NCBI RefSeq assembly: GCF_006345805.1
Contig: NC_043020.1
Span: 17,732,001-17,796,000, forward strand
DNA: 64,000 bases
Direction of reading: 5' to 3'
From: Octopus sinensis
Lineage: Eukaryota
Shown here: positions 1 through 12,402 of the stretch, one piece after another
How the letters are laid out: each line of letters opens with the position of its first letter
Numbering within the stretch: position 1 is the stretch's first letter
The notes under the pieces: model-generated
What the model was told of the DNA's origin: nothing
Database searches by the model: none
The model's input: the letters and a program-made list of their open reading frames with translations, nothing else
Translations under genes and position numbers: made by a program

Positions 1-118
1 CAAATTTCGCCAAGGTCGATTTGGCCTTTCATCCTTTCAGGGTCGATAAATTAAGTACTCGATATGATCAACTTACTCCCTCTCCCAAAATTTCAGGTCT
101 TGTGCCTACTATAGAAAG

Positions 119-167
119 GATCATCATCTCCATCATCATCCATCATCATCCATCATCATCATCATCA

Positions 168-202
<35 letters not shown>
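119..202 (+). repeat. (TCA)n(TTA)n microsatellite tail of a SINE; representative of numerous simple repeats in the window
   Basis: Seen directly. Other long tracts: (CT)n 2995-3030, (AT)n 9331-9408 and 19385-19470, (GT)n 18992-19026, (CA)-rich 27380-27497, (CT)/(GA) 40820-40862 and 41010-41045, (AT)n 44022-44070 and 59635-59680. Confidence 0.95.
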
Positions 203-204
<2 letters not shown>

Positions 205-1113
205 GGCAGTGTGCTGGCAGAACCGTTAGCACGCCGGGCAAAATGCTTAGCGGTATTTCGTCTGCCACTATACTCTGAGTTCAAATTCCACTGAGATCAA
301 CTTTGCCTTTCATCCTTTCGGGGGTCAATAAAATAAGTACCAGTTGAAAACTGGGGTCAATGTAATCAACTTATCCCCCTCCTCCAAAATTTCAAGCCTT
401 GTGCCTATAGTAGGAAGGATTATTATTACTATTCTTTCTTTAAACTGTAAGCTAGAAGAACCGTTAGTACACTGGACAAAATGCCTAACAGCATTTCATC
501 TATCTTTAACAGATTAGTATCATTATTTCTTTAACTAGTATTCTCGTTAAAAACATACTTCAGTGGATGCGGTTAGGTTTGAACCCTCAATCTATTGTTT
601 CAATAGTCCAGCAACTTAATCACTCTGCCTCTATGTCAGCAGTGGGGGGTGGGGGCAGTAATCTTTTCTGCTCCATTTCCTTTCTGGCGACAATCTGCAT
701 TCCACACATGGTTATGGTGTTGGTGGGGATACCGGTGGGTTTGGTTATGAATTTGGTGTTGATTGTGGTGATGCTGGTCGCTATATTTAGCAATGTTTTG
801 AAAAAAAAAAAAAAAAAAAAACTCTACAAGCATTCTAGAAATAAAATAAAATAAAATAAAATAAAACTAAAATATATAAGAACATACAAAAGCAAACCAA
901 TAACAACAGCAAAATAAAACAAAATAAAAGCTGAAACTCCTTCTGTCAAGAATATATTTCCTTTAAAAACACCAAACACTGGCTGTTTTGTCTGGAGAAG
1001 ACTCTGAGATACTGCTGCTGGTACTGTCACACAACATCACCACCAAGACAACAGTTACTACTACTACAACTATTACTACAATGCCATAACCATTACTATA
1101 CTTTGTGTTTGTG

Positions 1114-1337
1114 TACGAGGGGGTGCTGAAAAGTTTCTGACTTTAAGGGTAACATGAAAGGCCTAGTTGGAGGCCCCACCTTCTGAGTTCTTTTACAGGG
1201 CTTAGAAAAACTAAAGGACCACTGCAATAAGTGTGTGTAAATTTTAAAGGGGGAATATGTTCAATAAGATCATAATTAACTGGTCCTCTTGTATTTTCTT
1301 TTACCCAAAGACAGGGACTTTTCAGCATCCTTTCATA
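1114..1337 (+). mobile_element. Mariner deletion derivative (MITE)
   Basis: TA-bounded TIR TACGAGGGGGTGCTGAAAAGT / ACTTTTCAGCATCCTTTCATA; retains a transposase C-terminal remnant (GLEKLKDHCNKCV). Confidence 0.8.
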
Positions 1338-1735
1338 TAAAGGGAGAGAGTCCTATCTTTGTTTTAAAACAACCTGTGGATTATAATTACTTCAAGAGAG
1401 AAAACAAGGGTCTAATGACCTGGAACCTCTATTCCCCATATGTTTCTTCATCTCTCACCACCATTGTTGCATTCATCACCCCTACAAAAAATTTTAGAGG
1501 GTGCACTTGCATCTCCTGTACCCCCTGTTCCTGAGCCTCTGTGTGTGTGCGTGCACATGCTTGTGAGTGCATAGGCATTTAAAGCAACTAATGAAAATAT
1601 GGTACATGCCATCAGTGATCTTCCCATGTAATTAACATCCATTGTTATTTATACAAATCAAACAGGCTCCAAAGAGACTGGTGTAGGCCAGCATTTGCAG
1701 ACTAATATTATTTAGTAAAATTAATAAAAAGAATA

Positions 1736-1912
1736 CAATGAACTTGTTGTGAGGACTGGAAAATCCAACATTTCCTACAGAGTCCTTATTCAAGAAGTTG
1801 ACAGGAGGAAATTTATGAGACAGCAGAGTTTTACATCCTCTACATCAACTTTCCCTGATGAAGGACTTTGTCTGAAACATTGGATTTTCCACTTCCCAGA
1901 GCAAGTTTGCTG
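1736..1912. mobile_element. TA-flanked MITE with about 65-bp TIRs (Tc1/mariner-type)
   Basis: TA-CAATGAACTTG...CAAGTTTGCTG-TA; the arms are reverse-complementary and the internal part matches 19104-19381. Confidence 0.65.
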
Positions 1913-2994
1913 TACTCTTTTTGTCAATTTTACTAAGTAGTTTTGTATAAGGGTGAAAGGGTAAAGACCTCCTTCAGTCAGAAATCACCATGGGATTGCA
2001 CCTAAAATGTTCCCCTCCGAGGCACAAGTCTGAGCAAGGTTGTTTGTGGAAAACCAGCAGTTGCCCTTGCATACCAGTCTCCTCTCTCCATGCCGCTAAT
2101 ATTGTCCAAGGGAAAGGCAAAGGGGCTGATACAGCCTGGCACCAATGACGTCACAACAACTTCTACAGCTGAGAGAACTGGAGCAACATGAAATAAAGTG
2201 TCTTGCTCAAGAAAAAAAGACAGGACCCAGTCTGGCAATCAAACTTACAACCTCATGATTGCAATCCCAACACTCTAACCACCAAGCCATGCACCCTCAC
2301 ACTTAATTAAATACACACACACACACACACACATGTAGTTATAGGTGCAGGCGTGGTTGTATGGTTAAGAAGTTCACTTGACAATCATGTAATTTTGGGT
2401 CCTACTCTAGCCTCAGCTTGACCAGTACCTTGTGTGTGAAATTTTTGGAGATAGAAACTATATGGAAGTCCATCATCTATAATTATATTCACATACATGT
2501 ATATGTGTGAGTAGGCTTTCTTGTTTGTCTCCGCATGTTTTTGTATTGACTCAGCTTTGACAGCAATGACATGTGTTTATGTCCCACTGCCTGGTAGTTT
2601 GATATGTGAAGTCCAGTAGAGTAAAATAACTTTACTTGTAATCATGTAAAGGATGGTGTCAGGAAAAGCGCCCAGCTGCAGAATACAGTCTCGAGAAATT
2701 TCATCCAGCTTGTAACTGTATGAAAAAAAGTGGCTGTAGAAATGATGATAATGAAAAAGACTCTCCTAGTAAATGTACAGAATGTGAACTCCAGTAGAGT
2801 GAAATAACTTTTCACCAAGTAAAGGTTGATGTCAGGGAAAGCATCCAGCCATAGAGTACCACTTCCAGAAATTTTATTCAGCCTGTAACAGTATGGAAAG
2901 AGTGGAAATGATGGTGATGAAAAGACTCAACCAGTAAATGTACTGATTGACAAATGATTAAATTTGGTGCCAGTTAACTCATTGCACTTGATCG

Positions 2995-3030
<36 letters not shown>

Positions 3031-3352
3031 GTTGGATGAACTTAAGTAGATACTCTTAATGAGGTGACAATAGTCATTCAGTATTCTCAGGTTCATCCTG
3101 CAGAGACTGCCCTCTGATTTAACAATGGGCCTATTTACACAGTTTGGTTGAATGTAGGTTTATTAAGTGTATATATATTCACAATTTATTAATTCTTTCC
3201 TATACAGGCATGACTCAACTTACATCAGTAATGGTTTCCAAGACATGTGACTTAACTCAGAAAATTACATAGCTCAAAATATTTTAAAATTATATATTAG
3301 CTTTATCATCATCATCATTAAAATCCATTTTCCATGCTGGTATTGGCAAGAT

Positions 3353-3595
3353 CAGAGGTTCTCAACTAGGGTCCAAATAGCCCTTAGGGATCCATGTAAG
3401 ATTTTATTGTTAAAATTCATCTGCAATAAATTGGTTACACTTCTAGAGTAGTCAAAATATTTTAACAGTTTTTTTTAATACAGTTCCTTATAATATTTAA
3501 TTATAAAATTTTTAAACATCAGATGGTTACGACAGTCCATCAGAGCAAAGTAGTAATCAAAGGGTACACAGACAAAAAATGGTTGAGAACCACTG
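3353..3595. mobile_element. hAT MITE
   Basis: CAGAGGTTCTCAAC ... GGTTGAGAACCACTG. Confidence 0.65.
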
Positions 3596-3832
3596 GGTTA
3601 GATGTTGGTAAGTCATAGAGCTGCACCAGGCTCCAGTAGTCTGCCTTGGCTTGGTTTCTACAGTTGAATGCCCTTCCAAGTGCCAACTACCACTTTACAG
3701 AGTTTGCTCGGAACCACTGGGTTAGATGTTGGTAAGCCACAGAGCTGCACCAGGCCCCAGTAGTCTGCCTTGGCTTGGTTTCTACAGCTGAATGCCCTTC
3801 CAAGTGCCAACTACCACTTTACAGTTTGCTCG
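3587..3832 (+). repeat. 124-bp tandem duplication
   Basis: 3587-3710 is repeated at 3711-3832; the unit begins inside the right TIR of the hAT MITE. Confidence 0.9.
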
Positions 3833-4347
3833 ATGTCTGTTTTCGTAAATGTTTTCTACATATTTTCATATATATTTCAATTGATTTTCCTCTTCGATAT
3901 TGGTTTTTAGACGGGTGGGGTGTGTTTTTTCAAATTTTATCTCACTTCATGCCTGAAACTGAGGTTTATTTCTTCTATTGATTTTTTTTAAGGGATGTAA
4001 AATCAAAAAAGACATAACTTGTATTCAACGATGAATTATTTAATACAAAATGGTAAACTAGACATTAATTCCTATGCAGTGCAACATAGTATGATATTTA
4101 TCTTTTATTTTTTATCTTTTTACTTGTTTCAGTCATTAGACCACACCCATGCTGGGGTACCACTTTGAAGAAATTTTAGTCAAATTAATCGACCCCAGTA
4201 CTTATTTTTTTTAAAGCTGGTACTTATTCTATCTGTCTCTTTTGCCAAACTGCTAAGTTACAGGGATGTAAACACACCAGCACCAGTTGTTTGTCAAGTA
4301 GTGATGTGGGGGACAAACACAGGCACAAAGACACATGTACACATACA

Positions 4348-4674
4348 TCTATATATATAAAACTCAACTTGTGTGTCTGTCTGTGTGTGTGTCTGTGTGT
4401 TTAACTTCTCGGCACATCTCCTCCTAGCCAACAAATCGTAGAATCACCAAAAATGGGTCACTTAAAGTTTAGGCGAATGAAATTTGAAATGCGCTATTTC
4501 TGTTCCGAAATTCATCTCGCAAATGCAAAAATCGATAATGTGTTTGTTTAGGCCTTATCCCATGCATTGAATAGTGAACTTTACTCAGTCAGCTGTTTGA
4601 TGTGAACTGTGTTCACCACGCATGCAAGCATGCGTAAATTGCCTGAAAAGTAAAAAGCCGGGCAATACTGCTAG
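4348..4674 (+). mobile_element. Non-autonomous Helitron-like element
   Basis: Begins A|TCTATATATATAAAACT, has subterminal ATTGCC...GGCAAT and ends CTAG|T; no TSD. Confidence 0.7.
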
Positions 4675-5738
4675 TATATATATATATATATGACATAAAC
4701 GCACCAACACTGGTTGTCAAATGGTGTGGTGGTGGTGGTGGTGGACCAGCACAGACATAAAAACACATACACATAAAGAAATACACATGCACATACATAC
4801 ATATATATACCTATGTACACACATACACATATGTATATATATGTCTATTTTACACCATTTTAAACTTGTTATTACCTGTGTGTACGTTTGTAAATGTGTG
4901 TGTCACATCTTATAACTGTCTGCCTCTCTACTTTCGTAGGGTCTTCCTTCTTACTGTCGCATATTGTTAGATTTTAAAATTACGTCACAATTTCCAAATT
5001 TGGTATATTGAAATAATTTACCATGTTAAATCCGATTTTGTTATTTATTTGTTCCAGAAAAATTGCAAAAAAAAAATGTTACTAAGGTTTAAAGTTTAAT
5101 CAATTTTACCTAATCAGTAAACAGGATTTGGAAGCTGGCATTTTCTACATGATAGATGCATAATAGCTGGCATTTTCTGCATAAGAGCTGTCTATCACAA
5201 AATGAAAGCAAAATCATTAGGAGGAGGAATTTTTATTAAACAAACCAAAGGAAAGTATTACGATGACCAGAGTTGTGAGAACTTCTGAAGTTTTAATGAA
5301 TAAAGTCATGTGAAATGGTCAAGCAGGCACGTAGATAATTTAAAAAGGTAAAAATCCTCAAGTGTCTTTTTGCAAAAAATTGCACAAATCTGTCCTAATC
5401 AAGAGACCTATCTGTCAGGGAAGGCATGGTCTGACATGAGATAAACAAAAATTTATGTAAGATATTCTGTTGTAAAAATTGCCTGACAATGACCAGCTGT
5501 TCAGCTAACACACATATATATATATACATATATATATATCACTATGGGCTCCGTGTGGGCAGGCATCTAAAAAATTTTGTGCATCTTGATGCTGACATAA
5601 GTTCCTTACTTTTCCTGATGAGAAGGCGGCATAATGCACCCCTTATTCCTTCGAAATTAGGAATATGCAGCCTTCGAAACATATGTCAAAAATAAAATAA
5701 AGGAATTTTGTTACTTTGTTGTTCAACTCCATTCTTTC

Positions 5739-5771
<33 letters not shown>

Positions 5772-5892
5772 CATACCAGGTGGCAGTGAATAAATTGTTG
5801 TCTAAATTATGCAAAAATGAAAATAACACTGACATCTCATTTTAACAGATATATTTATCAAAATTATATAAAATATTGCGAAATACTAAAGA

Positions 5893-6185
5893 GTGAAGGT
5901 GCATGGCTTAGTGGTTAGGATATCGTGGGTTCAATTCCTGGTGGCAAGTTGTGTCCTTGAGCAAGACATTCATTTCATGTTGCTCCAGCTGGCAAAATTG
6001 AGTCTTGCCTGTAATTCAAAGGTCAGCTTTATCACATTCTGTGTCCTGCTGTATCTCCTTGAGAACCACATTAAGGGTATGCACATCTGTAGGGTGCTCG
6101 GTCACTTGCACATTAATTTCACAAGCAGGCTGATCCATTGATCGGATCAAGTGGAACCCTCATCGTCATAACTGACAGAATGCCA
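5893..6185 (+). mobile_element. tRNA-derived SINE family B
   Basis: Head GTGAAGGTGCATGGCTTAGTGGTTAG...GGTTCAATTCC, TGTCCTTGAGCAAGACA (V-domain-like), 3' CACTTGCACATTAATTTCACAAGCAGGCTG. Copies at 6691-7015, 8085-8410, 15179-15722 (-) and 45544-45856 (-). Confidence 0.8.
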
Positions 6186-9094
6186 GTAAAAATAGTAAAA
6201 TCTCATCCCCAAGATATGGATGTTGTTGGCTCTCAAGGAACTCCTCCACCATTGACAAGTTTTGCTTTTTTAACTTTCTGGTTACTGACACACCCTCCTC
6301 ACTGGATAAGTCCAGTAGGGAACCAGTTTAGATGCTAACCCCTCGACCATGAACTAGTAGGACTGGATTGCATGGTTTTCAGTTGCAGGTTTCCATCAGC
6401 CTGTGATAGAATTCATAATTACCTTCCTTTTCTTTTTCATATTTTCCCTGTGTTGTGTTATGCAAAATTATTTACACTATATGATTATACATTAATGATT
6501 AATTCATTTGTAACATAAAAGGCTATACAGAATGTATAGAACAACTCAATCGTGGAAATGATTTTTACATTAGTACAAGGACACTAATTTGGGGGTAGGA
6601 TAGGGGGAGAGAGAGTGTAGTCACTTTATCATCACCTACCCCCTCATCCTTTCGATTCATAGTATTTGATTGATACTTTGTTTTATCAACATGAAGGCAC
6701 ATGGCTTAGTGGTTAGGGTATTCAGCTCATATTCATACAGTCCCGAGTTCAATTCCCAGCGACGCATTGTGTACTTTGGCAAGACATTTTATATCACGTT
6801 GCTTGACTCCAATCAATTGGCAGAAAATGAATAGTACCCGTATTTCAAAGGGCCAGCCTTGTCACATTCTGTGTCATGCTGCATCTCACTGAGACCTACA
6901 TTAAGGGTACACATGTCTGTGGAGTGCTCAGCCCCTTGCATGTTCATTTCACAAGTAGGTTGTTCCATTGATCAGATCAACTGGGACCCTTCTCATTGTA
7001 ACTGACAAAGAGACGGTATTTTATCAACACTCAGAGGGTTGAAATGTAAAGTTGATAATTTCTGTGAGATTTGAATACAGAATGAAAATAGAACAAACAT
7101 TGCCAGAACTTTTATTCTCCTCATGCTGCACCAATTGTACCATCTGCTGCCTATCATAAGAATGCAATTAATGACATTTGCCTTCTCTCGCTGGAAATTA
7201 AACCATCATACCGATTTGAGCAATTATTTTCAATATATTGCTATTATTTTCACTTAATAATTCTTACTTACAAAATATATACACCCTTGAAGACAGACTG
7301 GTGAGCTGTTGCTTTAGTGTAATTGTTAACACATCTGTCTGGGTTATAGAAGATGCTTTGTTCAAGTCCTTCTTTACCCTTCTCAGGAGATTCTAACCCA
7401 ACTTATAGCTGAATATCACTTCAAGGTACCTCATTAGATACCACACTACTAGTTTGGTATCATTTCTGCTTCTCAGACAGCATAATAATAATAATGGTTT
7501 CAAATTTCTACACAAGGCCATCAATCTTAGGTAGAGGGATTAAGTTGATTGACATAGATCCCACTGCTCTACTGGTACTTATTTTATTGACCCCAAAAGG
7601 ATGAAAGACAAAGCTGACCTCAGCAGGACTTGAACTTAGAACATAAAGGTAGAGATAATGCTTTCTACAAGTGACACAAGGCCTGAAATTTTGGGGAAGG
7701 GTGCTAGTTGATTACTTGGACCCCAGTGCTCAACTGGTACTTGCTTTAGCAACTCTGAGTCATCATCATCATTATTATTTAACATCCATTGCCCATGCTG
7801 ACATGGGTAAGATAGTTTGACAGCTACTAGCAAGTCAGAAGATTGCACCAATCTCTACTGTCTGTTTTGGCATGGTTTCTATGGCTGGATGTCCTTCCTA
7901 ATGCCAGCCACTTTACAGAGTGTATTGGGTGATTTTTACATGGTACCAGCAGTGGTGGGGTCACCAAATAATTTGCAAGACAAAACCCTGCAACTAGTGG
8001 GGGGGGGGTAGTTTTAAGGGACGGAGAAGGTGTTTTGCATTAAAAGAAACATAGCTACATCAAATGGAGAGATAGAGAAAGAATGTGAAAGCACATGGTT
8101 TAGTGGTTAGGGTGTTCAGCTCATAAATGTAAGGTCCTGAGTTCAATTCCCAGCAGCATATTATGTCCTTGGACATTTTGTCCTTTTATTTTCACATTGC
8201 TCCAGTCCACTCAGCTGGCAAAAATGAGTAGTACCTGTGTTTCAATGGACCAGCCTTGTAATTGTGTATCACACTGAATCTCTCTCAGAACTATTTTAAG
8301 GGTACACATGTCTGGGGATGCCCAGCCACTTGCACATTAATTTCACGAGCAAACTGTTCCTTTGATCGGGTCAACTGGAACCCTTGTCATCATAACTGAC
8401 AGAGTGTCAATGCCAGAGAAAGAATAATAATTGCTTCAGGCATAGACACAAAGTCTGAAAATGGGGGGAAGCAGGGTTAGTCAGATTAATCAACACCAAT
8501 AAAAGCACTTGACTGGTACTTTTATTGACACGGGGTAGATAAAATGCAAAACATGACCTCAGTAAGACTTGAACTCAGAACGTAAGGGGAACAAGAGGAT
8601 GATGATAACAAATATTGGGTTGATGTAATCGACTTGCACCCTCCCCCCAAAACTTCAGGCCTTGTACCTATTATAGAAAAGATAATAAATTGTAATAACA
8701 CATAAAATTATATTGACATCATAAAGAATCTGTTATCATATAAAGGGCAACAGCCATTTAGCTAAAATATGAGCAGAACATGTCATGACCATGTGTTTTC
8801 AATCATGCTTAATCTGGGTGGAGGCGGGGCTGTTGTTTAAACGGGAGACTAAATACATATGTTTATGAATCTGTATATTTTTTTAGTCATGATCCATGCT
8901 GTATTTGTGGTACTCTTGTAATTTTGTAATCACGTTCCTGTTATGGTTGCATCAGCTGGGTTACGTAACTTCAACTGTTCTGATAGGCCTTTTACATGTT
9001 TATGTACTAATACAGAACCTAGTTAGGGTTCAAAAGGACTTGGTGGTTATGTAACAAGTTGACAGTGAGGGTGTGTAGTTGTTGACTAAAGTCT

Positions 9095-9327
9095 TTTTTT
9101 CTTTTATCTTTTACTTGTTTCAGTCATTTAATTGTGGCCATGTATTTTAATCAAAGGGTATTTTAATCAAACAAATTGATCTCGGGACTTATTTTTTTTA
9201 AAGCCCACCCGGTACTTATTTTGTTGGTCTCTTTTGCTGAACTGCTAGGTTACAAGGACGTGAACACAACAACACCAGTTGTCAAGTGGTAGTGGGGGAT
9301 AAACACAGACACAAAGACACACACATA

Positions 9328-9400
<73 letters not shown>

Positions 9401-9604
9401 TATATATAAGTTCAGCAAAATTTAGATTCAAATGAATATGGTACTTAAGTTAGATACACCAGAATTTTGTATGATGTTATCCATATATATCCATGGGGTG
9501 ATTATAATCAAAATAAGCAACAAGAATAACTTTGGTAATTTGGTACGACCGTTTCACGATGTAGCGCGAAACGATCATACCAAATTACCGAAGTTATTCT
9601 TTTG

Positions 9605-9644
<40 letters not shown>

Positions 9645-9791
9645 GCTTCTTTCAGTTTCCATCTGCCAAATCCGTTCACAAGACTTTGGTCAGTTTGAGG
9701 CTATAGTAGAAGACTCTTGCCCAAGGTGTCATGCAGTAGGACTGAACCTGGAATCATGTGGTTGTGAAGCAAGCTTCTTACCACACAGTCA
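9095..9791 (-). mobile_element. SINE family A expanded by (AT)n and internal insertions
   Basis: Tail half 9095-9330, head half about 9640-9791, separated by long (AT)n and the 9503-9610 palindrome. Confidence 0.8.
9503..9610. mobile_element. Short palindromic MITE-like element
   Basis: Arms aagaataactttggtaatttggtacgaccgtttc / gaaacgatcataccaaattaccgaagttattctt (3 mismatches in 34) plus outer tataatcaaaa/ttttgattata. Confidence 0.65.
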
Positions 9792-10149
9792 CAATTTATA
9801 ATTTTAATTTGCTATTTTATTTTTTATGTCATAAATCATAGGTGAATGCATGACTGTGGTATTAAGAATCTGGTTTCCCAACCATGTGGTCTTGGGTTCA
9901 GCCCAACTGCAACTCATCCATGAAATCTGCCTACCATCTCAGAAGATGGAAGAACTCATTGTATGATGTAGTTTGAGATATACTTATCCTTTAAAGAAAG
10001 GCTACTTAGGCACTCAATTTGCTGGATAAAGAATACAAAAAATAACAGCCAAAATCTCTCAAATCACATTCTGATCATCTTCAAAAATGGTCACATTTTC
10101 TCCACCTATTATTCCTGGGAGGACCATGGAGATAGAGTCCTCAAATATC

Positions 10150-10379
10150 TATTTCTTTATTACCCACTAGGGGCTAAACACAAAGGGGACAAACAAGGAC
10201 AGATATAGATATTAAGTCGATTACATCGACCCCAGTGTGTAACTGGTACTTAATTTATCAACCCCGAAAGGATGAAAGGCAAAGTCAACCTCGGCGGAAT
10301 TTGAACTCACAACGTAACGGCAGACGAAATACCGCTAAGCATTTCGCCCGGCGTGCTAACGTTTCTGCCAGCTTGCCAC
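10150..10379 (-). mobile_element. SINE family M
   Basis: Full body and head; flanks aaatatct / aaatacct. Other family-M copies lie at about 1-120, 204-430, 7480-7765, 8430-8690, 16755-17145, 22800-23250, 24020-24440, 29205-29400, 34825-34945, 38198-38430, 46450-46680, 47085-47255 and 51008-51215. Confidence 0.85.
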
Positions 10380-11349
10380 TTTAAATACCTCAAATACCAC
10401 CTCTATAGAGTCCTATCAGAAGCAACCGTTATTAGACTCTTTCCTGCTGGATCCCTAGACATGACCAACCAAGACTATGGATATTATTCTTGGTCAACCC
10501 GTTGGTCTCCTGCCAGTTGGTTTGGCTTGAAGAATGATAGGACTGTTGTGGATAGTATGCCTTTGATCATAGGTCTGTTTGGTCATGTCCTGGGGTTAAA
10601 CAAAGATGACAACTAATACAACTGTTGCAAATTTTTGATTCCGCCACGTAGCAATCGCCCCCCCTCTCTTTCCCACCTCACAAGGATATCAACCTTGTCC
10701 CTATTTAAAAGAAACCATAGCAGTTAGGTTATTGATATAACTATAATGACTATGGATTAATGTAGCCTAAAAATATTAGCAGTGACATAAATTAATTGGA
10801 ATTCAGTTACACTCCAAGATGCACTTTCTTGTGAGTCTGGTGGCATAATTTCTTATATGATTTATTACATCCTGTAATATGTTTACTCTCTCTCACACAC
10901 ACAAACACACATATATTGCACTCACTTCTATGTGTGTCATATATATATATATATATTGTATGTATGTTCTTATCAGTTCTTAAAAATAAATATTTTCATT
11001 GCTAAACTTATCTAATCTAACCTTATCTTCTTAGCTTAATAAAGGACTAGGCATATGGACAAATAGTTTGGTGCAAATAGAAATAAAATTTATTGACATG
11101 ATGTGTATAAATATGTAGATATAAATAGGTACACAGATGGATGAATTCAATATTTATTTTTCTCTTTTTTTTTCTATTAAACTTTATTAAAATTCCAGCT
11201 GACCAAGTTTTAGGAATGTCAACATGCTGGTAAAATTCTACTTTGACCAATAAGAGAGCAGGAAGGAAGTTGACTGCAACTTGCTTGGTACCTTCTGCAA
11301 CAGCCAGAGTTTTCTAATAAGCAAATAACACTGTGAAACAAAACTTTTT

Positions 11350-11975
11350 TAATCTTTGGTCAATGCTATTTCCTATTTACTTCTATCTAGAAATCAAAAG
11401 AAATCTCTACTATTCCCTTCAAACTTTGCTTTTGTGACCTGGGTATTACTGTTTTGAAACTGACCTATTTTCCATTACATTTCAAACAGATTCAGCACTG
11501 AGTTGCTGAAGCAGAAATATCATTATAGCAAATATTCTGTTCAGTACCAGAGATTTGCTTGTCAGTTGCTTGACCTTTACCACTTGAGCATGTTCACTAA
11601 TGGCTGGCAATATATGATTCTCTGATCATAAGCAGGAATAGTAGGGGAGCATCTTAGTCATGTGTTGAGGGGGATTCTTTGGGGTTTGAATAAATAAGTC
11701 TGGAGGAAACGTTGGCCATTTTTCATACTTTCTTGGGGTAAGCAAATAAGAAATAACAGTTGCTATCCAAGGACAAAAATCATGTTACACAGTGAGCAGG
11801 AGTAAAGGGGGAGCATCATAGCCATGTGTTGAGAGGGATTCTTTGAGGCTTGAATAAATGTAAGAAAAGCAAAGTTTGAAGGAAATATTAGCCATTTTTC
11901 ATGCTTTCTAGGGGTAAGCAAATAGGAAATAACAGTTGCTACCCAAGGACAAAAATCGTGTTACACAGTGTAATT
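11350..11975 (+). repeat. Unclassified interspersed repeat with internal duplication of its last about 170 bp
   Basis: Inverted homologue at about 16060-16530; 11640-11795 is repeated at 11800-11975; ends GTGTTACACAGTGTAAT. Confidence 0.7.
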
Positions 11976-12170
11976 ATCTGGGTATTTATCTATGGGACAT
12001 TGAACTGTGGCCAAGAACTCTGATGATGTACAATGGGGCCACAATTCTGGATAAACTTAGATCACCAATGATTGAACAAGTAATGGTAATGTAGTGTATC
12101 TATTGTCAACGTCTGACACAAGTGCAAATTGTAATCATTAGATGTTAATGATGGGGTTGATTTGCATTAA

Positions 12171-12402
12171 TTAACCTTTTAGCATTCAGATTCCTCTCTC
12201 AAATATAATGCTTAACTATTCACATTGTTTTGTAATTAATCATGTGTTATCTTGTAGCTTCAAGATTTCGATGATGTGATTTCATTGTTTATTTTTAGAA
12301 TGACATTGTAGGGTAGGTGTGAGAGGCTGGATCTGGCCAGTTTGATAATAAAAATGGGGAAATATCTGGGCCTGATATGGCCGGTTTATATGCTAAAGGT
12401 TT
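12171..12402 (+). mobile_element. piggyBac-type MITE (family P1)
   Basis: TTAA-CCTTTTAGCATT ... ATGCTAAAGGTT; colinear with 45915-46140. Confidence 0.75.

Noticed and set aside
7271-7395. Possible minus-strand coding exon ending at a GTAAGT donor
   Set aside because: Two frames are open for about 40 codons, but the acceptor is weak, there is no recognisable similarity and no partner exons.
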